Shown: in pieces, positions 1 to 9,087 of the stretch
Layout: the number at the start of each line of letters is the position of its first letter
Numbering within the stretch: the stretch's first letter is position 1
Assembly (NCBI GenBank): GCA_035623855.1
Contig: DASPSQ010000004.1
Coordinates: forward strand, 1,474 to 65,473
DNA length: 64,000 bases
From: Thermoplasmata archaeon
GTDB taxonomy: Archaea; Thermoplasmatota; Thermoplasmata; Lutacidiplasmatales; UBA184
Reading direction: 5' to 3'
Translations under genes and position numbers: made by a program
The notes under the pieces: model-generated
What the model saw: only the letters and a program-made list of their open reading frames with translations
Database searches by the model: none
What the model was told of the DNA's origin: nothing

Positions 1-210
1 GAGGACGACCGCGATCGACTGCCCGGTCAGTCCCGCGGTACCGCTCGAGTACGCGGCGAAATAGATGAAGTTCAGGATCGCGGCGTTCATCCCGATCTCG
101 ATCGCGATGAGCAACAGGATGAAGTTGCGACGCGTGAGGATCCCGAAGAGCCCGATCGCGAGCAGCGCGGCCGAGAGGGCGACGAAGCCGACCTCGGGAA
201 GGGTCGTCAC
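1..210 (-). CDS. nuoK: NADH-quinone oxidoreductase subunit K (partial; C-terminus lies beyond the window edge)
   Basis: Minus-strand translation from GTG at 208-210 gives VTTLPEVGFVALSAALLAIGLFGILTRRNFILLLIAIEIGMNAAILNFIYFAAYSS..., a typical NuoK/ND4L hydrophobic pattern. The start overlaps the nuoJ stop as GTGA. Absent from the ORF track because it is truncated. Confidence 0.8.
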   Translation of the reverse strand, partial: MTTLPEVGFVALSAALLAIGLFGILTRRNFILLLIAIEIGMNAAILNFIYFAAYSSGTAGLTGQSIAVVL

Positions 211-695
211 TCCCGACCCTCCCGAACGAGGTAGATCGCGCCGGCGATCGCGGCGAGCATGATCACGCCGAGCAGGAGAAGCCACGGGCCGTTCACGGTG
301 AAGAGGTTCGCCGAGAGGGCCGTGGGGTCGTAGACCGTCACCGCCGTCGAGCCCTGCGGGAACTCCCCGATCGCCGCGACCAGGAAGATGAACGTCACGA
401 CCGCGAGACCGAACGGGATCGGCCCGATCCCGGTCGCCGCCTCCCGCGAGAAGATCCGCTTGCGCGTGGTCATGATCCCGAACAGGAGGAGGATCGTCAC
501 CGCCCCTGCGTACACGCCGAGCTGGAGGACTCCGAGGAACGGAGCTTGGAGAAGGAAGTAGATCGCGGCGAGGTCGACGAAGAAGATCGCGACCCACATG
601 ATCGTGTGGACGAGCTCTCGAACGAGAAGGGCGGCGATGGACGTCAGGACGGCGGTCGCCGCAAGGACGGCGAACGCGAGTTCCTCGACGATCAC
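207..695 (-). CDS. nuoJ: NADH-quinone oxidoreductase subunit J
   Basis: C-terminal 162 aa of ORF 207..1223 (VIVEELAFAVLAATAVLTS...GVYAGAVTILLLFGIMTT...) are NuoJ-like multi-TM sequence. GTG at 693-695 overlaps the nuoI stop (GTGA). The upstream part of the track ORF lies out of frame over nuoI and is not credible. Confidence 0.8.
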   Translation of the reverse strand: MIVEELAFAVLAATAVLTSIAALLVRELVHTIMWVAIFFVDLAAIYFLLQAPFLGVLQLGVYAGAVTILLLFGIMTTRKRIFSREAATGIGPIPFGLAVVTFIFLVAAIGEFPQGSTAVTVYDPTALSANLFTVNGPWLLLLGVIMLAAIAGAIYLVREGRE

Positions 696-1471
696 TTGTG
701 CGTCCCCCAGAAGAGGCACTCCTTCGGACAGACGCTGATGCAGGTCCCGCAGCGGACGCAATCGGAGTCGTTCACGACCGGTTCCTTCCAGATCCGTCGG
801 GGGAGTTTCTCGCCCGGCTTCGGCTCGGGCTTCGGGACATCCAGCATCGTGATGCATCCCGTGGGACAGTCGCGCGCACACGCGTTGCAACCGATGCAGA
901 GCGGCGGGTCGAGGAGGATCGAATCCTCGTTCTCCGGCCGGGCCAGCCGGATCGGGTTCATCGGCAGCTTCGAGCGGAAGACCGAGTAGAGCTTCTCGGG
1001 CGAATAGACCATCTCGCTCCGCTTCGGGGTCGAGAGCTCGTAGCGAGTCGTCATCGTGAGGCATCCCTCGGGACATGCGTCGGAGCAGAACCCGCAGTAG
1101 CTGCACTTCCCGTAGTCGATCTGAGGGCACTTCTTCGGATGCTTGGGGTCCCCGCCGGGCACCGTGACCATGTCGATGCAGATGTCCGGGCACGAGAACG
1201 CGCAGAGGTTGCAGCTGATGCACGTGGCAATGTTCAGTGCGTGGACTCCACGGTAGTTGTCCCAGACCCGGCCGACGCCGATCGGCTTGCCGGAGGCGAC
1301 CTCAACGCGGTCGCGGAACTTCGGATCTTCCAGTCGCTCGTACGGGTAGACGATCGTCGAGGGCCGGAAGAGGCTCTTGGCGAACTGGCGCGCGGCTGTC
1401 GCCATCGGCCGGGCGACCCAGAGGACGGGGTTCTCGCTCGGTCTCGCTTCCGGTGTGTCGGGCGTCGACAT
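692..1471 (-). CDS. nuoI: NADH-quinone oxidoreductase subunit I with an extra C-terminal 2x[4Fe-4S] ferredoxin domain
   Basis: Four CxxCxxCxxxCP motifs: CISCNLCAFSCP, CSYCGFCSDACP, CIGCNACARDCP and CVRCGTCISVCP. The N-terminal 160 aa align to the canonical NuoI pattern. Positioned between nuoH and nuoJ. Confidence 0.9.
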   Translation of the reverse strand: MSTPDTPEARPSENPVLWVARPMATAARQFAKSLFRPSTIVYPYERLEDPKFRDRVEVASGKPIGVGRVWDNYRGVHALNIATCISCNLCAFSCPDICIDMVTVPGGDPKHPKKCPQIDYGKCSYCGFCSDACPEGCLTMTTRYELSTPKRSEMVYSPEKLYSVFRSKLPMNPIRLARPENEDSILLDPPLCIGCNACARDCPTGCITMLDVPKPEPKPGEKLPRRIWKEPVVNDSDCVRCGTCISVCPKECLFWGTHK

Positions 1472-1483
1472 CGCACGAACCTC

Positions 1484-2614
1484 CTAGACCCCCATCGAGG
1501 GAACGCAGCCGAACGGCCAGACGCATTTCACGGTGACGAGGACCGCGGCGAGGAACACCGCGAGCAGGCTGAGGGGGATCATCCGGTTCCACCCGACCCG
1601 GAGGAGCTGATCCGTCCGCACCCGGGGAAGCGACGCGCGGACCCAGACGAAGATGCCGAAGACGATGTACGTTTTGGCCATGAACCAGAAGATCCCCGCG
1701 AGCGGGAACGACGTCGCCGCGCTCGGGACCCAGGACGGCATCGTCCACCCGCCGAGGAAGAGGAGGACGACCAGGATGCTGCCGACGAGCGCCCGGAGGT
1801 AGTCGGCGAGCATGAAGAACGCGAAGAGCATGCCGCCGTACTCGGTATTCCACCCCTCGACGAGCTCCGCCTCCGCCTCCGGAAGATCGAAGGGGATTCG
1901 CTCCATCTCGGCGAGCATCGCCGCGACGAAGACGATGAGCGCGACGATGAGCGGTCCCCAGAACCAGTAGTTCTGCTGCTCGTAGACGATCGTCGCGAGG
2001 TTGAAGCTCCCCGAGACGATCACGACCGCGACGACCGCGAGGAGGAGAGGGACCTCATAGGCGATCATCTGGGCGGCCGATCGCATCCCGCCCATGAGCG
2101 AGTACTTGTTGTTGCTCGACCACGCGCTGACGAAGATGAACAGCGGGGCGAACGAGAAGATGGCGAGCGCCAGGAGCAGGCTCAGGGGAAGGGATCCGGA
2201 GTTCCACCCTGTGGAGATCGGCAGGATCCCGAAGATGACGAACGAGGTGACCAGGTAGGCGGTCGGGCCGGTAAGGAATCCGAGCGTGTCCGCGTCGCGA
2301 GGCCGAACGGTGTCCTTGCGGAACAGCTTGAAGCCGTCGGCGAAGTTCTGGAGGAGACCTGCGTACCCGACGTGCATCGCGCCCCGTCGGTCCATGAACC
2401 GCCCGAGGAGCTTCCGCTCGTACCAGATCAGGAAGATCGTGTTCAGCATGCTCCCGGCGAGCAGGATCACGGCGAAGATCAGGACCGCAAGGCCGGTGAC
2501 GACGTCCGGGCTCGTGATGGCGGCGCGGGCGCCAATCGGCAGGACCGATCCGATTCCGGTCAGGATCGCGTTCCCGATGTCGTACGAGACCGAATAGAGC
2601 GTGACGCTCGACAT
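1484..2614 (-). CDS. nuoH: NADH-quinone oxidoreductase subunit H
   Basis: 376-aa polytopic membrane protein with NuoH/ND1 signatures (YERKLLGRFMDRRG, AEAELVEGWNTEYGGM). Operon context. Confidence 0.92.
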   Translation of the reverse strand: MSSVTLYSVSYDIGNAILTGIGSVLPIGARAAITSPDVVTGLAVLIFAVILLAGSMLNTIFLIWYERKLLGRFMDRRGAMHVGYAGLLQNFADGFKLFRKDTVRPRDADTLGFLTGPTAYLVTSFVIFGILPISTGWNSGSLPLSLLLALAIFSFAPLFIFVSAWSSNNKYSLMGGMRSAAQMIAYEVPLLLAVVAVVIVSGSFNLATIVYEQQNYWFWGPLIVALIVFVAAMLAEMERIPFDLPEAEAELVEGWNTEYGGMLFAFFMLADYLRALVGSILVVLLFLGGWTMPSWVPSAATSFPLAGIFWFMAKTYIVFGIFVWVRASLPRVRTDQLLRVGWNRMIPLSLLAVFLAAVLVTVKCVWPFGCVPSMGV

Positions 2615-2629
2615 CCTCTGCCTCCTCCG

Positions 2630-3775
2630 TTACCGGTCCACCTCGCCCACGCAGACGTCCACGCTTCCCATGATGGGAGGGATGTCTGCGACTCGGTAGC
2701 CCACGAGGTACTGCCGGGCCGCGCTGACGTTCGCAAAGACTGGGGACCGGAACTTCACCCGGTACGGGTGCTCGCCCCCGTCGTTGACGACGTACGCCTG
2801 CGCCTCGCCGTGGGGTTCCTCCACGGCGGAGAAGCCGACCCCCTTCGGGTAGTTCCGCTTCAGAAGATAGCCCTCCCGGCCCACCGGCGCGTAGGGGGCG
2901 CCGAGCCATCGGGGGAGCCGCTCGGCCATGACCGGCCCGGGGTGGCGGTCCAGCCAGTCCATGACCTGACGGAGGATCCGGACCGACTGGCGCATTTCCT
3001 CCATCCGGACCAAGTACCGCCCGGTCACGTCGGCGGAATCGGCGAGGGCCACGTCGAACTCCAGTTGATCGTACACCGCGTACGGCCGGTCCTTCCGGAG
3101 GTCCCGCTTCATTCCGGCCGAACGGAGCATGGGGCCGGTGACTCCATGGCGAACGCAGTCGGCCGCCTTCAGGGTTCCCAGGTTATCGCAGCGTTTGTGG
3201 AAGATGTCCGATCCCATGCAAAGCTGGTCGTAGTCGTTGAACCGCGCCTCGAGCCAATCGAGCACCTTGCGGGTGTGGTCGGTGAACCCTGGAGGGAGAT
3301 CGTTCCGGACGCCACCGACCCGCATGTACTCGTAGGTCATCCGGGCCCCGGTGTAGCTCTGGAACAGGTCGAGGATCAGGTCCCGGTCGCGCATTCCGTA
3401 GAGGAATGGGCTCATCAGCCCGATGTCCTGAACGAACGCGGCGTACCACATGATGTGAGAACCGATCCGCTGGAATTCGTCGCACATCACGCGCAGGTAG
3501 AGCGCTCGTTCGGGGGGCTCGACATGCAACGCGCCCTCGGACGCGATCATGTAGAGGTGCTCCCAGCTCAGCCCTGCGACGTAGCAGCACCGGTCCATCA
3601 GCGTGATCACCTCGTTGTAGTGGCGGTCCTCGCTGATCTTCTCGATCCCTCGGTGGAGGTAGCCCATCTCGGGGTCGACGTCCCGGACCAACTCCCCGTC
3701 GATGAGCACCCGGAGGTTCCAGAGGCCGTGGGTCATGGGGTGCTGCGGCCCCATGTTGATCCACATCTCAGACAT
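2630..3775 (-). CDS. nuoD: NADH-quinone oxidoreductase subunit D
   Basis: MWINMGPQHPMTHGLWNLRV..., RMEEMRQSVRIL and a C-terminal DVCVGEVDR are classic NuoD/49-kDa subunit motifs. Confidence 0.95.
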   Translation of the reverse strand: MSEMWINMGPQHPMTHGLWNLRVLIDGELVRDVDPEMGYLHRGIEKISEDRHYNEVITLMDRCCYVAGLSWEHLYMIASEGALHVEPPERALYLRVMCDEFQRIGSHIMWYAAFVQDIGLMSPFLYGMRDRDLILDLFQSYTGARMTYEYMRVGGVRNDLPPGFTDHTRKVLDWLEARFNDYDQLCMGSDIFHKRCDNLGTLKAADCVRHGVTGPMLRSAGMKRDLRKDRPYAVYDQLEFDVALADSADVTGRYLVRMEEMRQSVRILRQVMDWLDRHPGPVMAERLPRWLGAPYAPVGREGYLLKRNYPKGVGFSAVEEPHGEAQAYVVNDGGEHPYRVKFRSPVFANVSAARQYLVGYRVADIPPIMGSVDVCVGEVDR

Positions 3776-4244
3776 GGCGCGTCTTCACCTCGAGCTCCTC
3801 GGGCTCGTGGAGCTTGAACGATCGCAGAAGCGGATGGAACTCGTACCCGTCCGGGGTGAGCAGATGGCGCATGTCGGGGTGGTGGTCGAAGACGATGCCG
3901 ACCAGCTCCCAGGCCTCGCGTTCGTGCCAGTTCGCGCTCGGCCACACGCCGCTCGCCGTTTCAACGCGCGGATCGTCCGCCGGCACATCGGTCGAGAGGA
4001 AGAGGTACTGCTTCTCGACGTCCGACCAGACTACGTAGAAGACCTCGCGGTGGTCCACCCAGTCGATCCCCCCGACCATCGAGAGGTGCTGGAAGCCGAG
4101 GTCGTCGTGCACGCTTCGGAAAAGATCCAGCGCTGCACCGCGATCGAACCGGACCCGGCCCGCGGTGCCGGCGAACGCGTCGATCCCTTTCAGACGGTCG
4201 CCGAGCCTCGGGGCGAGAACTTTCCTGAGGTTGTCCGGCTCCAT
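3768..4244 (-). CDS. nuoC: NADH-quinone oxidoreductase subunit C
   Basis: 158 aa with ...SGVWPSANWHEREAWELVGIVFDHHPDMRHLL..., the NuoC/30-kDa signature. Overlaps the nuoD start by 8 nt. Confidence 0.9.
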   Translation of the reverse strand: MEPDNLRKVLAPRLGDRLKGIDAFAGTAGRVRFDRGAALDLFRSVHDDLGFQHLSMVGGIDWVDHREVFYVVWSDVEKQYLFLSTDVPADDPRVETASGVWPSANWHEREAWELVGIVFDHHPDMRHLLTPDGYEFHPLLRSFKLHEPEELEVKTRHV

Positions 4245-4283
4245 GCCCCTTCTCCCCCGGTCGCGCTCCGGCCACCGGAGGTT

Positions 4284-4898
4284 CTACTCCTTCCGTTCGC
4301 GGATCAGCTTCTCGAGTTGGAGGATGCCGTCCAGCATCGCCTCCGGTCGCGGAGGACAGCCGGCGATGTAGACGTCAACGGGGACGAGCTTGTCGACCCC
4401 CGGGACCACCGAGTACGCCGTGCGGAACGGCCCCCCACCCGTCGCGCAGTTCCCCATCGCGATGACCCACTTCGGCTCCGGCATCTGCTCGTAGAGCGTG
4501 ATCAGTTTGTGGGCGACCTTCCACGTCACGGTCCCGTTGACGATCATCACATCGCACTGCCGGGGGGACGAGCGGGGAACGACCCCGAATCGCTCCGCGT
4601 CCCAGCGGGCGCCGAACGCCGCGGCGAATTCGATCGCACAGCACGCGAGCCCCCAGTGGAGGGGGAACAACGAGTTGCGCCCGGCCCAGTTGAATACCGG
4701 GCGCACCACCTTGGCCTGACCTTGTTCCGCGATCAGCGAACCCAACGCCTCCTTGGCCGCTGGGAGGAACTCTTTCGCACGGAGGGTCTCGATTTCGAGG
4801 AACGGGACCGCCGGCTGGTCGACCATGGGAAGCTCCTTCCCGAGGTCGAGTCCCCCTTCCGCCCGGGGGCGGACCACCGGAGTCGGCGCTGCGGTCAC
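4284..4898 (-). CDS. nuoB: NADH-quinone oxidoreductase subunit B
   Basis: [19 protein letters not shown] and [14 protein letters not shown] are the N2-cluster motifs. Start placed at the in-frame GTG 4896-4898, which overlaps the nuoA TGA (GTGA), as seen at the I/J and J/K junctions. Alternative starts are GTG 4907 or ATG 4826. Confidence 0.9.
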   Translation of the reverse strand: MTAAPTPVVRPRAEGGLDLGKELPMVDQPAVPFLEIETLRAKEFLPAAKEALGSLIAEQGQAKVVRPVFNWAGRNSLFPLHWGLACCAIEFAAAFGARWDAERFGVVPRSSPRQCDVMIVNGTVTWKVAHKLITLYEQMPEPKWVIAMGNCATGGGPFRTAYSVVPGVDKLVPVDVYIAGCPPRPEAMLDGILQLEKLIRERKE

Positions 4899-5260
4899 AC
4901 GACCCACCTCTTCTCACCGCTCAAGGCGTAGTAGATTCCGGTAATCGCAAGGCCCGTGAACGCGACGGCGATGAAGACCGGGTACCACCCCGAGTTCACA
5001 CCGCGGAATGTCAACCCCCAGAGCGCGAGCACGAATCCGAGAACGTCGACCGCGACGAATATGATGGCAAATGTGTAGTGCTGGGTCGGGAAGTCGATCT
5101 GCGCCTCTCCCTCCGCTTCCTCCCCGCACTCGTAGGTCGTGAGCTGAAGATACGACTGTCGGCGCTTCGCGCCGAGCATGCGGTTTGCGACCAGGGATCC
5201 GACGCCGAAGGCCGTCGCAAGGAACGCGAAAACCAGGAACGTCGTCACCCCCGCTTCCAT
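4895..5260 (-). CDS. nuoA: NADH-quinone oxidoreductase subunit A
   Basis: 121-aa 3-TM protein with the YECGEE motif. First gene of the operon. Confidence 0.85.
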   Translation of the reverse strand: MEAGVTTFLVFAFLATAFGVGSLVANRMLGAKRRQSYLQLTTYECGEEAEGEAQIDFPTQHYTFAIIFVAVDVLGFVLALWGLTFRGVNSGWYPVFIAVAFTGLAITGIYYALSGEKRWVV

Positions 5261-5283
5261 CGATTTTACTCTCCGCTCGCCGG

Positions 5284-5289
5284 TATATA
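5284..5289 (-). promoter_or_regulatory. TATA-like element about 26 nt upstream of the nuoA ATG (leaderless operon transcript predicted)
   Basis: GGTATATACG stands out in GC-rich DNA. The spacing to the ATG at 5260 matches archaeal TATA-to-TSS distance. Confidence 0.35.
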
Positions 5290-5402
5290 CGTCGGACTCC
5301 CGTCCGTTATTTAACGTGAGCCGGCAGGTTCACCGACGGTAGAAAACGCAACCCCTCTAAACGGAGGATTTCGACGGCGCCCCGGACGGTTAAGCGGGTC
5401 CA

Positions 5403-6755
5403 ATGGATGCGGCGAACCGAATGCGCACCGACAGCTTCCGTACCCCGATCACGCTCGCCGGGCGTCATGTGCGGCTGGTGCCGCTCGACGCGTCGCACGG
5501 TGGTCCGCTCGGTCCGATCTGGTCGAATCCCGAGGTTCATCGCTATCTCATCGGTCTGGTACCGCGTTCGGAAGGTTCCGATCTGCGCCGGCTCATCGAC
5601 CTCCTCCTCTCGCGCCAACGCTCGGGAACGGACCTCGCGTTCACCACGGTACTGGCCTCGGGTGGCCGGCCGATCGGCATGACCCGGTACCTCAACATCG
5701 ACCGGAAGAACGATGCCGTCGAGATCGGTGGGACCTGGCTTGACCCGCTGTACTGGAGGAGCGCCGTCAACACCGAGTCGAAGCTTCTCCTCCTCACGCA
5801 TGCGTTCGAGCGCGAGGGCGCCCACCGGGTCTGCCTCCAGACCGACCTCCGGAACGAGCGGTCCCAACGCGCCATCGCCCGCCTCGGAGCCGAGCGGGAA
5901 GCCGTCCTGCGAGACGACCGGCGGCTTACGGACGACGGCTACCGCTCGTCCGTGTTCTTCAGCATCCTGAGTCCTGAGTGGTCCGGGGTGAAGCGCTCTC
6001 TCGAACGGATGCTCGATCGCCCTTGGGCGCCGCCGCAGGCGCAGCTCCCCGTCTCTCCGGGGACCGCGAGCGGTTCCCCACCCGCGGTGCGGCCGACGGA
6101 GGAGGTCGGGGTGCTGCCGCCGACGAGTTTTCGGCCCCCGGTGACGCTGCGCGGCCGGTACGTAGAACTTGTCCCGCTCGAGCGAGGCCACATCCCGTCT
6201 CTTGTGCGGGCGGGCGGAGATCCCGAAATCTGGCAGCTCCTGCGGATCGGCCCCGGTCGGACCGTGTCCGAAATGACGGCCTTGGTGGACTGGATCCTCT
6301 CCGACCAGGAGCTGGGCACGGTGCTCGCGTTCGTGGTTCTCGCACTGCCGAGCCGAACACCGGTGGGCATGTTCCGGTTCCTCGACATCGACCGGTGGAA
6401 TCGCAAGGTGGAAGGAGGGACCTGGCTCAATCCCGCCGTCTGGCGCAGCCCGGTGAACACCGAACTGAAGTTCCTCGCCCTCTCGTACGCCTTCGAGCGA
6501 GAAGGGGTGCACCGCGTTCAGTTCCGGACGGACTCACGGAACGCCCGCTCCCAAGCGGCGATCGAACGGCTCGGGGCGGTCCCCGAGGGGATCCATCGGG
6601 AGCACCTTCTTCTGGCGGACGGGTACCACCGGACGTCGCTCGTCTACAGCATTCTCGAGTCGGGGTGGCCGTCGGTGAGGCAGGGCCTTGAGGAAAAGCT
6701 CTCACGGCCGTGGACCAGCCGAGAGCTTTCCGAGACCCCGGCGGTCCAGGCGTAG
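5403..6755 (+). CDS. Tandem-domain GNAT (RimJ/RimL-type) N-acetyltransferase
   Basis: Two homologous halves, each with ...VxLVPL..., AFEREGxHRV and RNxRSQxAIxRLGA motifs. Both halves end in ...L(D/S)RPW. Confidence 0.8.
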   Translation: MDAANRMRTDSFRTPITLAGRHVRLVPLDASHGGPLGPIWSNPEVHRYLIGLVPRSEGSDLRRLIDLLLSRQRSGTDLAFTTVLASGGRPIGMTRYLNIDRKNDAVEIGGTWLDPLYWRSAVNTESKLLLLTHAFEREGAHRVCLQTDLRNERSQRAIARLGAEREAVLRDDRRLTDDGYRSSVFFSILSPEWSGVKRSLERMLDRPWAPPQAQLPVSPGTASGSPPAVRPTEEVGVLPPTSFRPPVTLRGRYVELVPLERGHIPSLVRAGGDPEIWQLLRIGPGRTVSEMTALVDWILSDQELGTVLAFVVLALPSRTPVGMFRFLDIDRWNRKVEGGTWLNPAVWRSPVNTELKFLALSYAFEREGVHRVQFRTDSRNARSQAAIERLGAVPEGIHREHLLLADGYHRTSLVYSILESGWPSVRQGLEEKLSRPWTSRELSETPAVQA

Positions 6756-6777
6756 CGGACCGGACCGATCCGCTCGG

Positions 6778-7566
6778 TCAGGACGGCGGGAATTTCGGCT
6801 TCCGTTTTTCCCGGAAGGCCCGGATCCCCTCGGGGAGTTCTCCGCGCCGTGCCGCCTCGACGGCCGCGCGGCGCTCGATCATCATCTGGGATTCCGCGCT
6901 CTCCCGGTACGCGGCATGAAGAAGCCGCTTCGTCCACCCGTAGGCGAACGTCGGTCCTTGGGCGAGCTCCGTCGCCCGCTCCCACGCGCGTCGTTCGAGA
7001 TCCGCTGCGGGTACGACCTCGTGGAGAAGGCCGAGATCTCGACCGCGGGCCGCTGGGATTCGTGCCTCCGTGAACAGGACCTCCTGAGCGAGACCGATTC
7101 CGAGGTAGTGCGGGAGGAAATACGTGAGGCCTCCGTCCGGCACGGCGCCGAGCGAGGGGAAGGCAGGTACGAGGACGGCATCGTCGCTGGCGATCCGCCA
7201 ATCGCAGGCGAGCGCGAGGGAGAGCCCCCCTCCCGCTGCAACCCCTGGGAGCGCGGCTACGACCGGTTTGGACATCCCCATCAGCTCGCGGATCGCGCCC
7301 TCCATCTCCCCGGTAAGGGCATGGAAGAGGGCCGGCAGCTCCCCCCGGGCCCGGTATTCGTCCATGACCGCGATGTCGCCCCCGGCGCAGAACGCCTTTC
7401 CCGTGCCGGTGAGAAGTACCGCGCGGGCATCCCGGTCCGTCGCAGCCGATTGCAGGGCCTGACGGAGGGCCAGCATCGACGGCACGTCGAGCGCGTTCAG
7501 TTTCTCGGGCCGCTGAATCGTGATGGCAAACACGCCGCCTTTACGCTCGGTTCGAATCGGCTCCAT
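6778..7566 (-). CDS. Enoyl-CoA hydratase/isomerase (crotonase) family protein
   Basis: VFAITIQRPEKLNALD, GKAFCAGGDI and PVVAALPGVAAGGGLSLALACD motifs. Start moved to the ATG at 7564-7566 (MEPIRTERKGG) because a TATA-like box lies 30 nt upstream. Confidence 0.85.
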   Translation of the reverse strand: MEPIRTERKGGVFAITIQRPEKLNALDVPSMLALRQALQSAATDRDARAVLLTGTGKAFCAGGDIAVMDEYRARGELPALFHALTGEMEGAIRELMGMSKPVVAALPGVAAGGGLSLALACDWRIASDDAVLVPAFPSLGAVPDGGLTYFLPHYLGIGLAQEVLFTEARIPAARGRDLGLLHEVVPAADLERRAWERATELAQGPTFAYGWTKRLLHAAYRESAESQMMIERRAAVEAARRGELPEGIRAFREKRKPKFPPS

Positions 7567-7591
7567 GGCGTCCCGGGACCGGAGCTTCCGG

Positions 7592-7600
7592 TTCTTAAAG
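7592..7600 (-). promoter_or_regulatory. TATA-like element (CTTTAAGAA on the minus strand) for the crotonase gene
   Basis: A/T-rich 9-mer about 30 nt upstream of the ATG at 7566. Confidence 0.35.
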
Positions 7601-7744
7601 TTCGCCGGCAAGGTCGTCGGGGAGGAGACTGGACTCGGTTCTGGGACCCCCGAGATGCGACGCCGCGTGGGGGCCCGTATCCGTCAGAATAGCCTTGAGC
7701 CAACCTCTCCGAGGGGGGAAGGCCTCTCGAAAGCAGGCAGGGGC

Positions 7745-8992
7745 TCAACCCGTAGAGGGAGGGGGACGTCGGCGTCGGTCGGGGGGTCCACCCTCCGTCG
7801 TGGAGGGGGGGCCACCTGTCGAGGGGGGTGCCGACGGCGACGGTGCCTGCGAGGGCGGGGGAGGAGCAAACTCGTCCGGGGGCGGAAGTGAAGGGACCCC
7901 GGAGGCCTTCGTACCTTTCCCGTACGACGTGACCATCGACGTCGATTCGTCCGACTCGGCCTTGATCTCGTCTTCGATCGACTTGATCTCCGTGAGGAGC
8001 TCTTCCTGCCTCGGGATTGGGCCGAGGATGTTGTCCATCGAACCGATCCGGCGCTCGAGATCGTCGAGAGTGTTCAGGCTCCGGTCCGGCACTTGCCGGC
8101 TGGTTCCCATGTACTCGCTTGCGCCCTCCATGAGGCGTGAAAACTCGAACGGGAACAGGATCTTCGTCGCCTGGCCATCGCCGACCTTCGTCACCGTGTC
8201 GAGGGAGAGCACGGTGAGGGCCTTCGCATCGAGAACTCCCGCACCGAGCGAGAGAATCCGGAGGCGTTGCGACTCCCCCTGGGCCTCGAGGATCGTCGCC
8301 ACCCGGGCCCCCTCGGCCTCCAGGATCTGGGACTGTCGCACGCCTTCCGCCTGAAGGATCCGGGACCGCTTCTGGCCCTCCGCGACGAGGATCGCGCTCC
8401 GCTTCTCCCCATCCGCCCGCAGGACCGCGGCACGCCGCTGGCGCTCGGCCGCCGTCTGCTCTTCCATCGCGGTCTTGACCGGTCCGACGGGGTCGACCTC
8501 CTTGATCTCGACCGCGTCGACACGCACTCCCCACTTGTCGGTCGCCTCGTCGAGGATATCGCGGAGCCGCGTGTTGATCCGCTCGCGGTTGTAGAGGATC
8601 TCGTCGAGCTCCATGTCCCCGATGATCGACCGCAGGGTCGTCTGGGCAAGGGCGACGGTCGCGACGTGGTAATCCTGGACCTGGAAGATCGCCTTCGGCG
8701 CGTCGACCACCTTGATGTAGATGATCGCGTCGACATTCGTCGGCGAGTTGTCCTTCGTGATCACTTCCTGCCGGGGCACTTCGAGCACCTGCGTCCGGAG
8801 GTCGATCTTCAGGACGACCGCCAGTGGGCTCACGAGGTTGAATCCCGGGTTGATCATCCGCTTGTACGAGCCGAGGAGCGTGACGATCCCCTGCTGGTAC
8901 GGCTGGATCGTGTAGATCATCCGTGTCATCAGGACGAGGATGACGATGAACGCGAGGACAATCCCAATGATCAGGAATGTGTAATCCGCCAT
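7745..8992 (-). CDS. SPFH/band-7 (stomatin-like) membrane protein with a long Pro-rich C-terminal tail
   Basis: N-terminal TM segment, then the SPFH core (QQGIVTLLGSYKRMINPGFNLV..., RSIIGDMELDEIL, ...AERQRRAAVLRAD coiled coil). Directly downstream of an NfeD gene. Confidence 0.9.
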   Translation of the reverse strand: MADYTFLIIGIVLAFIVILVLMTRMIYTIQPYQQGIVTLLGSYKRMINPGFNLVSPLAVVLKIDLRTQVLEVPRQEVITKDNSPTNVDAIIYIKVVDAPKAIFQVQDYHVATVALAQTTLRSIIGDMELDEILYNRERINTRLRDILDEATDKWGVRVDAVEIKEVDPVGPVKTAMEEQTAAERQRRAAVLRADGEKRSAILVAEGQKRSRILQAEGVRQSQILEAEGARVATILEAQGESQRLRILSLGAGVLDAKALTVLSLDTVTKVGDGQATKILFPFEFSRLMEGASEYMGTSRQVPDRSLNTLDDLERRIGSMDNILGPIPRQEELLTEIKSIEDEIKAESDESTSMVTSYGKGTKASGVPSLPPPDEFAPPPPSQAPSPSAPPSTGGPPSTTEGGPPDRRRRPPPSTG

Positions 8993-9087
8993 GTTCTACG
9001 CTCCGTTCCCCTCTCCGGTCTCCCGGACCGGCCGTACCCGCACATCCGTAGGAGATGTTACCCTTTCTCCGAGCTCCGGAGCGGGCG

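Noticed and set aside
698-3817. 1039-aa + strand ORF spanning the nuoI-nuoH-nuoD region
   Set aside because: It runs antisense to four well-supported nuo genes. The translation is Arg/Asp/Pro/Gly/His-rich low-complexity sequence with no motifs. Long stop-free antisense frames are expected in high-GC DNA.
7745-8150. Shared Pro-rich C-terminal tails (SPFH protein, FtsZ-like protein, both zinc-ribbon proteins, the GNAT at 35420) as a common interaction motif
   Set aside because: Pro/Ala/Gly-rich low-complexity tails are a common compositional by-product of GC-rich genomes. No specific shared motif could be defined by eye.
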